Shown here: one piece after another, positions 10,416 through 21,356 of the stretch
Layout: each line of letters starts with the position of its first letter
Numbering within the stretch: the stretch's first letter is position 1
DNA from: a bacterium
GTDB lineage: Bacteria > Hinthialibacterota > Hinthialibacteria > Hinthialibacterales > Hinthialibacteraceae
Reading direction: 5' to 3'
Assembly: GCA_963662285.2 (NCBI GenBank)
Contig: CAXXMV010000001.1
Location: forward strand, 384,001-448,000
Length of the DNA: 64,000 bases
Notes under the pieces: model-generated
What the model was told of the DNA's origin: nothing
Database searches by the model: none
The model's input: only the letters and a program-made list of their open reading frames with translations
Position numbers and translations under genes: made by a program

Positions 10416-12371
10416 ATGACATCCAGAAGTCCCATTATAATCATTATCAGCCTATTTCTTCTAATATTCCTGCCATTCGTCATGACAGTCGAAGCACAGG
10501 ATGAGACGGTCAATCAGGATTTACTGGATCGCATCCAATACAACAGCCCCGGCTTGGCGGTTGACTTGGGAGTAGGTCTTTGGGCTTGGCCTCTGCCGCT
10601 CGATTTTGACGACGATGGCGATAACGATCTGCTGGTTAATACCCAGGATAAACCCTACAACGGTTTGTATTATTTCGAGAATACTTCTGGCAACGTCACA
10701 TACCCCGTCTTCAAACCGGGCGTCAGGATCAGCGGCGGCAGCAGCAATGTCCAGATATCTTATGTGGGAGACCAATACAGAATAATCACTCCGGGCAAAG
10801 AGTATCCAGATTATAAAACCAAGGGTCTTGCCGACGGCGTCCCCTTCCCTTACAAGCAGGAATTATACGCCGGACGCTCCAATCACTGGCGGCTGGTTGA
10901 TTTTGATGGAGACGGCGTCACCGATTTAATTATAGGCGCCAGCGATTGGCGCGAGTATGGCTGGGATAACGCCTTTAATGAAAAAGGCGAATGGATCCGC
11001 GGCCCGCTGCATGGCTATGTATATTTCATCAAAAACCTGGGCGATAATGATAAACCAAAATATGGAGATGCGGTTAAAATCATGGCGGGTGGAGAACCCA
11101 TCGATGTATACGGTATGCCTTCGCCTAACTTTGCTGATTGGGACGACGACGGCGATCTCGATTTAATCTGCGGCGAGTTTCTGGACCGCTTTACCTATTT
11201 TGAGAATACGGGATCTCGCAAAGCCCCGGTTTACGCCAAAGGCCGTTTTCTTTCATACCAGAACCAGACAATCAAAATGGATTTGGAAATGATCATCCCC
11301 ACCGCCATCGACTGGGATAAGGATGGCGACGTGGATTTAGTCGTCGGTCAAGAAGATGGCCGGGTGGCGCTGGTTGAGAACACTGGCAAGATAAAAGATG
11401 CAATGCCCCAATTCCTACCGCCTAAATTCTTCCAGCAAGAGGCGACCAATGTAAAATTCGGCGCCCTGGTCACCCCTTTCAGCGTTGATTGGGATGCCGA
11501 CGGCGACCAGGACTTAATCTGCGGCAACACGGCGGGCTACATCGGCTTTATCGAAAACCTGGACGGCGGCGATACTCCCCGCTGGGCTGAAGCCGTATAT
11601 CTCGAAGCCGATGGCCAAGCCATCCATATCCAGGCTGGCTACAACGGTTCCATCCAAGGCCCCGCCGAAGCCAAATGGGGCTACACCGTCCTAAATGTCG
11701 CCGACTGGAATAACGATGGCTTGCTTGATATCGTAGCCAATTCCATCATTGGCGAGATAATCTGGTTCGAGAACATAGGAACGCCCAAGTCGCCCAAACT
11801 TAAAGCAGAGCAAACCATTGATGTTGAATGGCAGGGCGCGCCGCCCAAGCCTGAGTGGCATTGGTGGAATCCCAAAGGCAAGCAACTGGTCTCCCAATGG
11901 CGCACCACCCCGTTTATTTATGACTTAAACCACGATGGCCTCAACGACCTCATCATGCTGGATCATGAAGGTTACTTAAGTTTCTTTGAACGCCAGAAAG
12001 ACAATGGGAACCTCATACTTCTGCCCGGCAAGAGAATATTTGAAGACGAATCAGGCAATCCGCTACGCCTCAATGACGGCAAAGCCGGCAAAAGCGGCCG
12101 CCGTAAATTCATACTGACCGATTGGGACATGGATGGCCATCTGGATATCCTGATCAACAGCCGCAGCATAGATTTCATGCGCAACATAGCAACCAAAAAA
12201 GGCGAATATAAATTCAAAAACCTGGGCCAGGTCCACCCCCACCGCCTGGCCGGACACACCACCTGCCCCGCCATCGTCGACTGGGATAAAAACAACATCC
12301 CCGACCTGCTAATCGGAGCGGAGGACGGCCATTTTTATTACTTTGAGAATCCTAAGACGGCGCGAGAATAG
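10416..12371 (+). CDS. Secreted FG-GAP/VCBS repeat protein
   Basis: Signal peptide; repeated DWDxDGDxDLI Ca-binding loops; AAGGA RBS. Confidence 0.9.
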   Translation: MTSRSPIIIIISLFLLIFLPFVMTVEAQDETVNQDLLDRIQYNSPGLAVDLGVGLWAWPLPLDFDDDGDNDLLVNTQDKPYNGLYYFENTSGNVTYPVFKPGVRISGGSSNVQISYVGDQYRIITPGKEYPDYKTKGLADGVPFPYKQELYAGRSNHWRLVDFDGDGVTDLIIGASDWREYGWDNAFNEKGEWIRGPLHGYVYFIKNLGDNDKPKYGDAVKIMAGGEPIDVYGMPSPNFADWDDDGDLDLICGEFLDRFTYFENTGSRKAPVYAKGRFLSYQNQTIKMDLEMIIPTAIDWDKDGDVDLVVGQEDGRVALVENTGKIKDAMPQFLPPKFFQQEATNVKFGALVTPFSVDWDADGDQDLICGNTAGYIGFIENLDGGDTPRWAEAVYLEADGQAIHIQAGYNGSIQGPAEAKWGYTVLNVADWNNDGLLDIVANSIIGEIIWFENIGTPKSPKLKAEQTIDVEWQGAPPKPEWHWWNPKGKQLVSQWRTTPFIYDLNHDGLNDLIMLDHEGYLSFFERQKDNGNLILLPGKRIFEDESGNPLRLNDGKAGKSGRRKFILTDWDMDGHLDILINSRSIDFMRNIATKKGEYKFKNLGQVHPHRLAGHTTCPAIVDWDKNNIPDLLIGAEDGHFYYFENPKTARE

Positions 12372-12701
12372 AGTTATATCAAGGTTAGGTTTATACAGGC
12401 AGTGGATTATTGATTAATTAGGAAATATTCCCCAACTACTACAAATGTATTATTGAATACTTAATAATACATATAATGTCCACTATTGACATTATATACT
12501 TGTATATATAATAGTATATATAAAATGACAACATAATTCTTTTCAACATGCTGCAAACTGATGATTCCAGGGGGGGGATAACAACAGGTAATGTCGTACG
12601 GCAAATACACTCAAATTAATTGTAAAATTCTTTGTTTTGCATGGATAGCGAAGACTAGTAACTTCCTTTTTCTGAAAAATCTTTTCATGGAGAACTTTTT
12701 A

Positions 12702-12877
12702 ATGCAGATCAAAAAACATATACCTTAATAATTTGGATACTATCGGTATTATTATTTTCAAATTGTGCAAGCGCTCCTACTAAAGAACAATTGCAAAATG
12801 CTGATTATGGGACACCAATCTATCAAGAAGAAGCAGTGCAATTAGGTGAAAATTTTTTAAAGAAACAGGTTATCTAA
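12702..12877 (+). pseudogene. Frameshifted/truncated small lipoprotein remnant
   Basis: GGAG RBS then ATG CAG ATC and an A6 run. One extra A would give ...KTYTLIIWILSVLLFSNC-ASAPTKEQLQNADYGTP..., a lipobox-like signal, ending at TAA 12875-12877. Confidence 0.55.
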
Positions 12878-12980
12878 AATATATATCTTGTTGTAATATC
12901 TGTTATTGAGACATGAAAGAAATTTTTGTTGTAATCGATAAAATTAATCTTATTAACAGTAACTACAGAAAGGTATCATC

Positions 12981-14099
12981 ATGAAGAAAAGAATAGAATC
13001 AATACTATTATCAAACTCGTTTCTCTTTATCGTAATCTATTTCATATTTATACAAAACTCTTTTTCACAAAATCCAGAATGGCTCGTGTTCAATACTGAA
13101 AACTCAGAAATTGCTAGTAACATGATAAGCTCGATTTCATTTGCACCTGATGGTGTTGTTTGGATTGGTCATAGTCATCCTAGTGAAATGGGAAAAGGCG
13201 TTTCCTTATTTGATGGAGAGAAATGGACAATCTACAACATTAAAAACTCAGGATTACCTCACAATAATGTTATTGCTGTTGATTTTGATCATAGTGGGAA
13301 CACATGGATCGCAACAGGAAGTAATTATGACGTGGGTGGGGGACTGGCAAAATTTGATGGGAAAGAATGGGTAACTTATAATATGAGAAACTCAGGATTG
13401 TTAAGCAATAGTATATGGTACATCAAGTTTGATTATAACAATAATTTATGGATTACTTCAAGCAAGGGTATTGTGAAATTCGACGGTGAGAATTGGATTA
13501 CGTATACGATGAATACAACCGATCTTCCTTCGAATGCAGTGACAAGTGTTGACTTCGATAGTGAAGGAAACATTTGGTTTTCGACGTGGGGAGGAGGACT
13601 TGTAAAATATGACGGAATTAAATGGACAACATATAACACAAATAATTCAAGCCTACCACATAACAACGTCATTAATGTTGCTGTCGATAGTATCAACAAT
13701 ATTTGGATGTCAACTTTTGCTGGCAATTCTGGGGGGGATCGTGGGATGGCTAAATTTGATGGTGAGAATTGGAAGGTATATAACACTGATAATTCCGATT
13801 TGCCGAATAACGGCGTTTGGGCGCTAACCGTTGATCTTCATAATAACATCTGGGCTGGACCAAGAAGTGATAATCCTCCGATCAAGAATGGTCTTGTAAA
13901 ATTTGATGGCAATCAATGGACTTTGTTTAACACATCAAATTCAAATCTCCCGAGTGACTATGTCCGATGTATCAATACGGATGTACATGAAAATGTTTGG
14001 GTCGGAACAGGTGATGGTGGAATGGCAATCTACCGCGAAGGAGGCATTAAACTGCCCCAAACCAACGCAGGCATCAAACAATGGCATAACTTAAACTAA
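12981..14099 (+). CDS. Secreted beta-propeller protein (two-component regulator propeller repeats)
   Basis: About seven repeats of LPxNxVxxxxxDxxxNxW...GLxKFDGxxWxxYNxxNS; signal peptide; AT-rich. Confidence 0.88.
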   Translation: MKKRIESILLSNSFLFIVIYFIFIQNSFSQNPEWLVFNTENSEIASNMISSISFAPDGVVWIGHSHPSEMGKGVSLFDGEKWTIYNIKNSGLPHNNVIAVDFDHSGNTWIATGSNYDVGGGLAKFDGKEWVTYNMRNSGLLSNSIWYIKFDYNNNLWITSSKGIVKFDGENWITYTMNTTDLPSNAVTSVDFDSEGNIWFSTWGGGLVKYDGIKWTTYNTNNSSLPHNNVINVAVDSINNIWMSTFAGNSGGDRGMAKFDGENWKVYNTDNSDLPNNGVWALTVDLHNNIWAGPRSDNPPIKNGLVKFDGNQWTLFNTSNSNLPSDYVRCINTDVHENVWVGTGDGGMAIYREGGIKLPQTNAGIKQWHNLN

Positions 14100-14158
14100 A
14101 AATAACAATAAAAAATGGGTACGTTCAATAAATTGTGTAAACGGAAATTCTTAGCTAA

Positions 14159-14197
14159 GTAGGGTGGGCTAAAAGCCGCGAAGCGGCGTAGCCCACC
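14159..14197 (+). repeat. GTAG-type REP
   Basis: GTAG + GGTGGGCTA...TAGCCCACC palindrome with an inner GCCGC-GAA-GCGGC hairpin, between convergent genes. Confidence 0.75.
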
Positions 14198-14215
14198 ATG
14201 TACCTCCAAATACTC

Positions 14216-15256
14216 CTAAACCGAAACCATCCGGCCAGACCTGGCCGACTCATAACAAGCCGCCAGAATCATCTGGTTGCGCAGCCCCAACTCAGCGCTG
14301 TTGGACGGTTCACGTCCTTCAAGTATGGCGTTACCCATCTCTTCTATTTCCGCTTGATAGGTATTAAACGGTTTGGGCGATATCTCTATTCCACCATTAC
14401 TTACATCATCTTGCTGCGCATCATAGGAAGCGTCTTTCTCTTCCAGAAACGCAGTCATTGTCCCCGCCTCTCCCTGCCCGATAGTTCCCTGGGCCAGGAT
14501 ACTTCCGGTGGAGCCATAGAGTTCCAGGCAATTCTTGCTGCTGGCGTCGGGTATGCAGAAGAATGCATCAACGCTGGCCATGGCGCCGTTCTCAAAGAAC
14601 AAACTGACCACCGCGCTGTCTTCTGATTCATAATTGTGAATTGTATTATTAATCATACAATTCACCTTTTTGACCGAACCGAAATACATCTCCAACAGAT
14701 CGATGCAATGCCCGCCCATATCAATCAACGAACCGCCGCCGCCTTGCTTGAGGTTCTGCCGCCAGGCGTTTTCAATTGGTGGATACCAACAAGAGAGCTG
14801 CGCTCTGGCGAATGTCGGCTCGCCCAACTTGCCCTCTTGAACAATATGCAAAGCAGCTTGATGCTGGGTATGAAAGCGCATCATCAACGCCGTCCCCAAA
14901 ATCACCCCTGCATCTTTACAGGCCTGCATCATCTTTTGCGCTTCTTCAACCGATAGACCCAGAGGTTTTTCGCATAGCGCATGCTTACCCGCTTTGGCGC
15001 AGTCAAACACTTGCTGGCAATGCGCATCGGCTGGAGTTGCGATATAGACCGCGTCTATGTCACTATTCAACATCGCTTCAATACTTGCGGCGGCGTATGC
15101 TCCAAACTCATCAGCCACAGCCTTATTAATATCAGGATCAATATCAAAAACGCTGATTAAATCTCCATTGCGGGCGGGAACAATCCCTTCGGGAATAGTT
15201 CTTCGTTTGGCGATGCCGCCTGAACCGATGACTCCCCAGCGAACTTTTTTCGACAT
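14216..15256 (-). CDS. Gfo/Idh/MocA family oxidoreductase
   Basis: GVIGSGGIA, ALCEKP, GGGSLIDMGGHCID. Confidence 0.92.
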   Translation of the reverse strand: MSKKVRWGVIGSGGIAKRRTIPEGIVPARNGDLISVFDIDPDINKAVADEFGAYAAASIEAMLNSDIDAVYIATPADAHCQQVFDCAKAGKHALCEKPLGLSVEEAQKMMQACKDAGVILGTALMMRFHTQHQAALHIVQEGKLGEPTFARAQLSCWYPPIENAWRQNLKQGGGGSLIDMGGHCIDLLEMYFGSVKKVNCMINNTIHNYESEDSAVVSLFFENGAMASVDAFFCIPDASSKNCLELYGSTGSILAQGTIGQGEAGTMTAFLEEKDASYDAQQDDVSNGGIEISPKPFNTYQAEIEEMGNAILEGREPSNSAELGLRNQMILAACYESARSGRMVSV

Positions 15257-15269
15257 TTTGCAACCCCTC

Positions 15270-16625
15270 CTATTCCGCTTTCATCTCTTTTAACATATTG
15301 ATAGCCGCGTCGCACCACATTACTGGAGTTTCCGGCGCCTGTCGGGCGCTGCTGTAGGTGGCTTCGTAGCCGCCTTCATCGTAACCGCGTGGGTGAGGTT
15401 GATAACCCATTGATCCACCCGTCAATCCGATTACCCAAGTTGCATCCATTAACGAATGCTCCTGGATGTCTTCACTCAATTCAACAAAGCATTCAGCGGG
15501 CAGACCAACGATGCCAATTGGCCCAATACGCAAGGCGATCAATTCAGAAGGACGCGTCTTTTCTTTGGTTTCGGCTAATCGGATAATCCCCGCGGGCGTA
15601 TGTTCATTGAAGTTCCGCTTGGACGCCTTATCAGCATCCTTCTGCATTTCCGCTTTGGCCCATTCATAAATTTCCGAGGGAACTTTGCGGACCGGACATT
15701 GGATTTTTGTAATCCGTGAATCGATCTTATCGACGCTTACCGGCCTTGAATCCCGGTAAGCCCGCATAGCCGCTTTGGCTAAAGTCCTGCCAATATGGCG
15801 GGAACCTTCCGGGCTGCTTTTTTGGCTTTTATCATTCACATTGATGTGATTAATGTTGCCGCAGCAGGCATTCAGATAGATAACCTTCCAATCAGTTCCA
15901 AGTTCTTCCTGAATGCCTACAGTAAGATGATAGGGATAATCCGCCGAAAATTTTGAACCACCCAGGCAATCGCAGTGCAGCCCATGACTAACCAATGCGA
16001 TTTTTGAAGACTGAAAACTCAGCACATTTACTTCTTTATCGATTTCGCCTATCGGATGAACGATGTTCGGGTTGCCGCGTCCGGGATTGGTGCGCACCGA
16101 TCCATCCTTCATCAGAAAACGCCGTATAAAGGTCACGGAATCTTCATAAGCGGTTCCCGATGCAACCTGGTTTTCAGGTTGAGCATTATCCAACGCCTTC
16201 TGTACAGCGGAAGTAATCTGCTGAGGAAGTTGATCTGCAATTTCCTCTACGATGGCGCCGGTATGGGTATGGGTAGCATGGATAAAAATATTTCGCGGAT
16301 CAATCCCGGTTTTATATTTTATAGCGCTGCGCATTCTGTCAATTACAGGTAATTTAATAGAAATCAGATCAACCGCTGCGATGACAATGGTTTTTTCATC
16401 ACAAGTAAGAGTCATAGCCTTGATCAACAGCGGATCAAGAATCCCCTCTGCTTTACGTTCATGAAAATATCCCGGCATCCCTGTTCCCATCGCCGGAGTG
16501 ATATCGACTTCTCCATAACCGACAATAAGTTCTGAAGCATCGACGCAGCACGGTAATATCGAGATCATTCCTATTAGCAGCAGGAATAAAATCCAAAGAC
16601 TGGTATGAAACCTCGCCTTAAACAT
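15270..16625 (-). CDS. Secreted neutral/alkaline ceramidase-like amidohydrolase
   Basis: DITP..G..MPGY, ATHTHTG, SADYP, GNINH, GLPAECF, GGYE motifs; AAGGAG RBS before 16625. Confidence 0.75.
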   Translation of the reverse strand: MFKARFHTSLWILFLLLIGMISILPCCVDASELIVGYGEVDITPAMGTGMPGYFHERKAEGILDPLLIKAMTLTCDEKTIVIAAVDLISIKLPVIDRMRSAIKYKTGIDPRNIFIHATHTHTGAIVEEIADQLPQQITSAVQKALDNAQPENQVASGTAYEDSVTFIRRFLMKDGSVRTNPGRGNPNIVHPIGEIDKEVNVLSFQSSKIALVSHGLHCDCLGGSKFSADYPYHLTVGIQEELGTDWKVIYLNACCGNINHINVNDKSQKSSPEGSRHIGRTLAKAAMRAYRDSRPVSVDKIDSRITKIQCPVRKVPSEIYEWAKAEMQKDADKASKRNFNEHTPAGIIRLAETKEKTRPSELIALRIGPIGIVGLPAECFVELSEDIQEHSLMDATWVIGLTGGSMGYQPHPRGYDEGGYEATYSSARQAPETPVMWCDAAINMLKEMKAE

Positions 16626-16654
16626 TGCCATTCTCCTTAGTTTTAATAATCTCA

Positions 16655-17926
16655 CTACGAGTATGCCTGGATTACTTTTTTGATGGCATTGCCAATCTGC
16701 GCACAATCTTCCGGCGTGTAGGTCGGATAGGCGAAGCAAGTGAAGGTGTGGCTTTGATGCCAGATTGCGTTTGGAATTTCCACCTTACTATAATCAACGC
16801 TGGCTGGATCAGCGTATTCCTTGGAACGGAAAGGAAAACCACTCTTACCGAACGAGTTGAACTCCTGGAACGCCCTCTCGGTATGACATTGGGGCCAGAA
16901 TACCTTCCAACAGGGAGCGCCTTCCGCGCCGACCGCCTGTACGAATTGACTGATATCGCATTTCATATCTTCGATATTCAACGAAAAAGCCAGGACGAAC
17001 CAACCATTGCGCCGTTGCTCAGTATCAATCGGCATGTATTTGACCTGCGGCAAGTCCTTAAGTATATCCATGATGATATGAGCGTTGCGGCTGCGGGTAG
17101 GCATGTTCCAATTATCCATCCGTTCCAATTCCGCCAGACCGATTGCTGATTGCATCTCCGTCATACGGTAGTTCCAGCCAACCATGTTATGAATATAAGG
17201 CAGTTTCTGCTCCATCTCCAGAAGATTAAGCCGCTCTTTAACGTCGTAGCCATGATCGCGGAAACTGCGTGCGCTCCAGGCCAATTCTTCATCATCAGTA
17301 GTGACCATTCCACCTTCGCCGCCGGTTGTGAAAGTCTTGTTCTGGCATAAACTGCACGCCGCAATGCGCCCCAGGGTTCCAGTCTTCTTGCCTTTGTAAG
17401 ACCCGCCAAAGGCTTCGGCGTTATCTTCGATGACAAACAGATTATGCTTTTCAGCGAACTGCATGATCGGATCCATGTCGCATACATTGCCGTACAGATG
17501 AACCACCATGATTGCCTTGGTGCGTGGAGTTACCAGTTTCTCCATCGATGCAACGCTGACGCAGTGATCGTCGATGTTGACATCGGCGAAACGGGGCACC
17601 GCGCCTGCCTGGACAATAGAGAAACTGCTGGCGATGAAGGTATAACTGGGGACGATAACTTCGTCGCCGGCGCCGATGCCTAAAACCGTAAGCGCGGTAT
17701 GCAGCGCGGCGGTTCCCGATGAGACGCTGATGGCGTATTTGCTGCCCTGCCACGAAGCGAATTGTTCCTCAAACTCCATACCCTTGGGGCCGGTCCAGTA
17801 ATTAACCTTTCCCGTGCGCAACACTTCTTCAACTGCTTTTATTGCTCTTTCATCAAAATGGGGCCAGCCGATAAACTTGTTGGTTACCGCCTTCGGCCCG
17901 CCATCAATAGCAAGTTTTTGATCCAT
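16655..17926 (-). CDS. DegT/DnrJ/EryC1/StrS PLP aminotransferase
   Basis: SGTAALH, VVHLYG, IEDNAEA, SLCQNKTFTTGGEGG (PLP Lys), GWNYRM. Confidence 0.93.
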   Translation of the reverse strand: MDQKLAIDGGPKAVTNKFIGWPHFDERAIKAVEEVLRTGKVNYWTGPKGMEFEEQFASWQGSKYAISVSSGTAALHTALTVLGIGAGDEVIVPSYTFIASSFSIVQAGAVPRFADVNIDDHCVSVASMEKLVTPRTKAIMVVHLYGNVCDMDPIMQFAEKHNLFVIEDNAEAFGGSYKGKKTGTLGRIAACSLCQNKTFTTGGEGGMVTTDDEELAWSARSFRDHGYDVKERLNLLEMEQKLPYIHNMVGWNYRMTEMQSAIGLAELERMDNWNMPTRSRNAHIIMDILKDLPQVKYMPIDTEQRRNGWFVLAFSLNIEDMKCDISQFVQAVGAEGAPCWKVFWPQCHTERAFQEFNSFGKSGFPFRSKEYADPASVDYSKVEIPNAIWHQSHTFTCFAYPTYTPEDCAQIGNAIKKVIQAYS

Positions 17927-17972
17927 TATTCGTCTCCTCTATACAAAACGTTTCATGTTTTTCCAATAATAT

Positions 17973-19214
17973 TTAGGCTTTATGGATGCTTCGTTTCTTG
18001 GGATCAAATTTCATCTTGCGTTCTTTGATATTTGCTGCATCAGCCAGCAGACAGGCTACCGCATGTTGATATCCAGCTTCGATATCAGCATTAGGCTGGC
18101 GCCGGGTGCGAAGACATTGCAGCCAGTTTTCCATGTGATGCGGCATTTCAACATCAGCCACGTCTTTTTTACCTTCAACATGTCCGGGAGCGCTGGTTCC
18201 TTCACCAGTCATATATGGTTTACGCCAGTCAGTGGCGTCCATCATGCCTTTGGTTCCCCAGAAACGGGTATAGTTTCCAGACCCATTACCGAACGACGTG
18301 CTGTAACTAACCATGAAGCCTTCGGGATATTCGAGCAGCGTATGAACCGAATCAGGACAGGTGCGCTGATTCTTCCAGGCGTAGTTTCCGGTTAAACTCA
18401 CGGCGCATGTAGGATATTGAGCGCCGCTGATGTAATGAACCAGGTCAATGAAATGACACATCAGGTTGCTGATAGAGCCGTCAGTGAAATCACGGTATCC
18501 ATACCAGGCGGTATGCTGATCATTATCAAAGGGACGGTCTTTGGCATTCCCCAGGAATGTTTTCCAATCAGTATCTTCTTCAACCAATGGACGGGCGAAA
18601 CGGTTCCAATAAGGTTCATAGGAATTACGCACTTGACCGACCTTTATAATGTTTCCAAGAAGCCCGTCTTGAACTGCTTTCTTGCATCCGGTAAATGATG
18701 GCCAGCTTCTCAGTTGGGTGCCCATTTGGACAACACGGTCTGATTCCCTAACCATATCAACTACGCGGTTTAGCTCTTTCATATTCCGGGCGAGAGGTTT
18801 TTCGCAATAAGCGTCTTTGCCCGCCTTGATGGCGTCTTGCAACATAGTAGCATGCATATGGTCGGGAACCGCGATAGTAACTGCATCTATATTGGGTAAG
18901 TTCAACACGTCTTTATGCTGCACAAACTGCTGAGCTTCAGTTCCATACCAATCCAGCGTCTTCTTGGCAGCTGATTCACGGTGTTGCCTCCACACATCGC
19001 ATACGGCGGTAATCACTACATTCTGCTCGCCGCTGAAACTGTGAATCTCTTCCATCAGTGCGTTCTGTCCACGGTTTCCACAGCCGATGATCCCGATTTC
19101 AATCCGCTCATTGGCCCCTTTGGCTGATTGGGGAATTATAGTAACTAAAGGCAAAGCGACGGCCATTGAGGATTTCTGCAAAAAACTGCGGCGGGATTGC
19201 GTTGGTTGAGTCAT
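17973..19214 (-). CDS. Tat-exported Gfo/Idh/MocA oxidoreductase
   Basis: SRRSFL twin-arginine signal, IGIIGCGNRG, YCEKP; start moved to MTQPTQ. Confidence 0.9.
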   Translation of the reverse strand: MTQPTQSRRSFLQKSSMAVALPLVTIIPQSAKGANERIEIGIIGCGNRGQNALMEEIHSFSGEQNVVITAVCDVWRQHRESAAKKTLDWYGTEAQQFVQHKDVLNLPNIDAVTIAVPDHMHATMLQDAIKAGKDAYCEKPLARNMKELNRVVDMVRESDRVVQMGTQLRSWPSFTGCKKAVQDGLLGNIIKVGQVRNSYEPYWNRFARPLVEEDTDWKTFLGNAKDRPFDNDQHTAWYGYRDFTDGSISNLMCHFIDLVHYISGAQYPTCAVSLTGNYAWKNQRTCPDSVHTLLEYPEGFMVSYSTSFGNGSGNYTRFWGTKGMMDATDWRKPYMTGEGTSAPGHVEGKKDVADVEMPHHMENWLQCLRTRRQPNADIEAGYQHAVACLLADAANIKERKMKFDPKKRSIHKA

Positions 19215-19275
19215 GATATTTTCCTTCCCATATAAATTATGTTTTTTCAGGTCTTGACTATATAAGGCGCTTATC

Positions 19276-19304
19276 TTTATTATTAGAAGATTTCTAATAA
19301 TAAA
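19276..19304. promoter_or_regulatory. Putative ROK repressor operator
   Basis: Perfect 13-bp inverted repeat TTTATTATTAGAA-GAT-TTCTAATAATAAA in the divergent intergenic region next to the ROK gene. Confidence 0.65.
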
Positions 19305-19429
19305 TAATTTATTAACATATATCAAGCTAAATTATTAAAAAAAATAATATTTAACTGAAATAAATTACTAGACAATTTCTAATATTACATGGTATATTAT
19401 TATTTACTTACATTTGCAGGAGAATTTAA

Positions 19430-20641
19430 TTGAAGCAAGCCTCTAAAAAGCACATTGGCAACCACTCTTTGCTCAAACGGCTCAATCGGTCTATTGTGCT
19501 TGAATTTCTACACCGGCAAGGTGGGCTTTCCAGAAAACAACTTACTAATCTCACCCAACTTGATGGTAAAACAATCACCAATATCACCCAGGATTTACTA
19601 CGCTTAAAGATGATTAAAGCGATTGGCAAGGTATCAAGAGGCGTGGGACGACCCAGCGAAATAATCGAATTAAATCCTCAATACGGATTCACCTTAGGCA
19701 TAGATTTAGGCGCCAGTCATATAACCGGCATCGCGGTTGATTTCACTGGAGCCATCCTAGCCCGTGCGCAATCAACCATACGTTACGGCCTCTCTCCATC
19801 GACTGTTATCAAACGCATGATCGCAGTCGGCGAAAAAATAATCAATGAATTAAAGACCGATAGAAAAAGATTCCTGGGGATTGGAGTATGCGCGCCCGGC
19901 ATTGTTGACCGTAAAACCGGAATCGGCGTATGGGCGGCCAATTTATCTAAATGGAAAAACGTTCAAATATCAAAACCATTCGCATCCGCTTTTAACGTTC
20001 CGGTATTTCTCGAAGAATCGACCCGTTGCGCCGCTTTAGGCGAAATGTTCGCCCGGCCCAATGACAACCTCAATGACTTTCTGCTGCTTGATCTTTCGCT
20101 GGGCATCGGTTCCGCTCTGGTGCAAAACGGCAAACTATATTACGGCCATTCCGGCGTGGCTGGTGAAATCGGACACACCACCATCAAACCGGGCGGACTT
20201 CCCTGCCGTTGTGGAAAACAAGGCTGCCTCGAAGCCGAAGCATCCGGTTACGCCATCGCCCGTAAGTATTCAGAAATCCTAAAAACCACCAAGAGCACAA
20301 CCAGTAAACCGGATGCCATTAGCGCGCAGGATGTTGTAGACGCCATGTCGCATGGTAATGAAATTTGCGAGCAAATTTTCTCTGACGCAGCGCGTATGCT
20401 GGGAACCGCCGCCGCCAACGCCGTTATGCTGCTTAATCCCGCGCACCTGGTATTGATGGGCGGTTTAACCCTCTCAGGAGATTGGCTGATGCAACCATTC
20501 CGCGAAGCCTTACGTAAAGAACTTAGACCGGAAATTATCGAAAACCTTACCGTGGAAATCTCTCCCCTGGGAAATGACGGCGGCCCATTAGGAGCAGCCA
20601 GCCTGGTGCTGAACCGGATATTTGATTCTCCGGGTATGTAG
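19430..20641 (+). CDS. ROK family transcriptional repressor
   Basis: N-terminal HTH, GRP, GIDLG, GEIGH, CRCGKQGCLE; TTG start with AGGAG RBS. Confidence 0.92.
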   Translation: MKQASKKHIGNHSLLKRLNRSIVLEFLHRQGGLSRKQLTNLTQLDGKTITNITQDLLRLKMIKAIGKVSRGVGRPSEIIELNPQYGFTLGIDLGASHITGIAVDFTGAILARAQSTIRYGLSPSTVIKRMIAVGEKIINELKTDRKRFLGIGVCAPGIVDRKTGIGVWAANLSKWKNVQISKPFASAFNVPVFLEESTRCAALGEMFARPNDNLNDFLLLDLSLGIGSALVQNGKLYYGHSGVAGEIGHTTIKPGGLPCRCGKQGCLEAEASGYAIARKYSEILKTTKSTTSKPDAISAQDVVDAMSHGNEICEQIFSDAARMLGTAAANAVMLLNPAHLVLMGGLTLSGDWLMQPFREALRKELRPEIIENLTVEISPLGNDGGPLGAASLVLNRIFDSPGM

Positions 20642-20754
20642 AGAAAATTGCAAGATGTCAACGTAAAACCTTATTTTAATTATCCCCTCTCCACCCGGGC
20701 TACTCTCCATACATAAATCTGTAGAGTAGATAAAAACGGTGATCATCATAGAAT

Positions 20755-20786
20755 GGGGAGCATCGGCTTCTAGCCGGTGCATCAAT
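20755..20786 (+). repeat. REP left of RAYT (GGAG type)
   Basis: GGGGAGCATCGGCTTCTAGCCGGTGCATCAAT with internal hairpin; 31/32 match to the reverse complement of 21352-21383. Confidence 0.85.
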
Positions 20787-20846
20787 TAAAAAATAGAATT
20801 AACACAATTACGCATAAATATTTCTACGAAGAAAGGAGGATGAAAA

Positions 20847-21356
20847 ATGAATATCCGATCCAGTACAGACCGAATTAAAGAAACCTATAAACCAGTCAAC
20901 CAATTCCGAATGTCTCGTAGAATCCTTCCTCACATGCAAGATCCTGGCCACACCTATTTCATTACGTTCAGAACCCATGATATTATTATGCCAAATGAAT
21001 TGTTGGCTGTTGTCATGAATTCATGCTTATATTGGAATGAGAAAAAATGTAAAATTCATGTTTGTGTTGTGATGCCGGATCACGTGCACATTCTCCTGAC
21101 GCCATTGGAAATTCCAAACCTTGGATATCATTCGATCATAACATTAATTCATAGCATTAAAAGTTATTCATCTACAGAAGCAAACAGGTTGATGAATAGA
21201 CAAGGAGTACTGTGGCAGCGGGAATATTTCGACCGGATAATACGTTCTGAATCGGATTTAGTTGAAAAATGGAATTATATTCGTACCAATCCGGTTAGGA
21301 AAGGATTGGTTGAAATCGTGGAAGAGTATCCGTTTTTGTATGAAGAAAACGATTGA
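20847..21356 (+). mobile_element. REP-associated tyrosine transposase (RAYT, IS200/IS605 Y1 HUH family)
   Basis: RRILPH, TYFITF, VVMPDHVHIL (HUH), WQREYFDRIIR, YIRTNPVRKGL (catalytic Tyr); inverted REPs on both sides. Confidence 0.92.
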
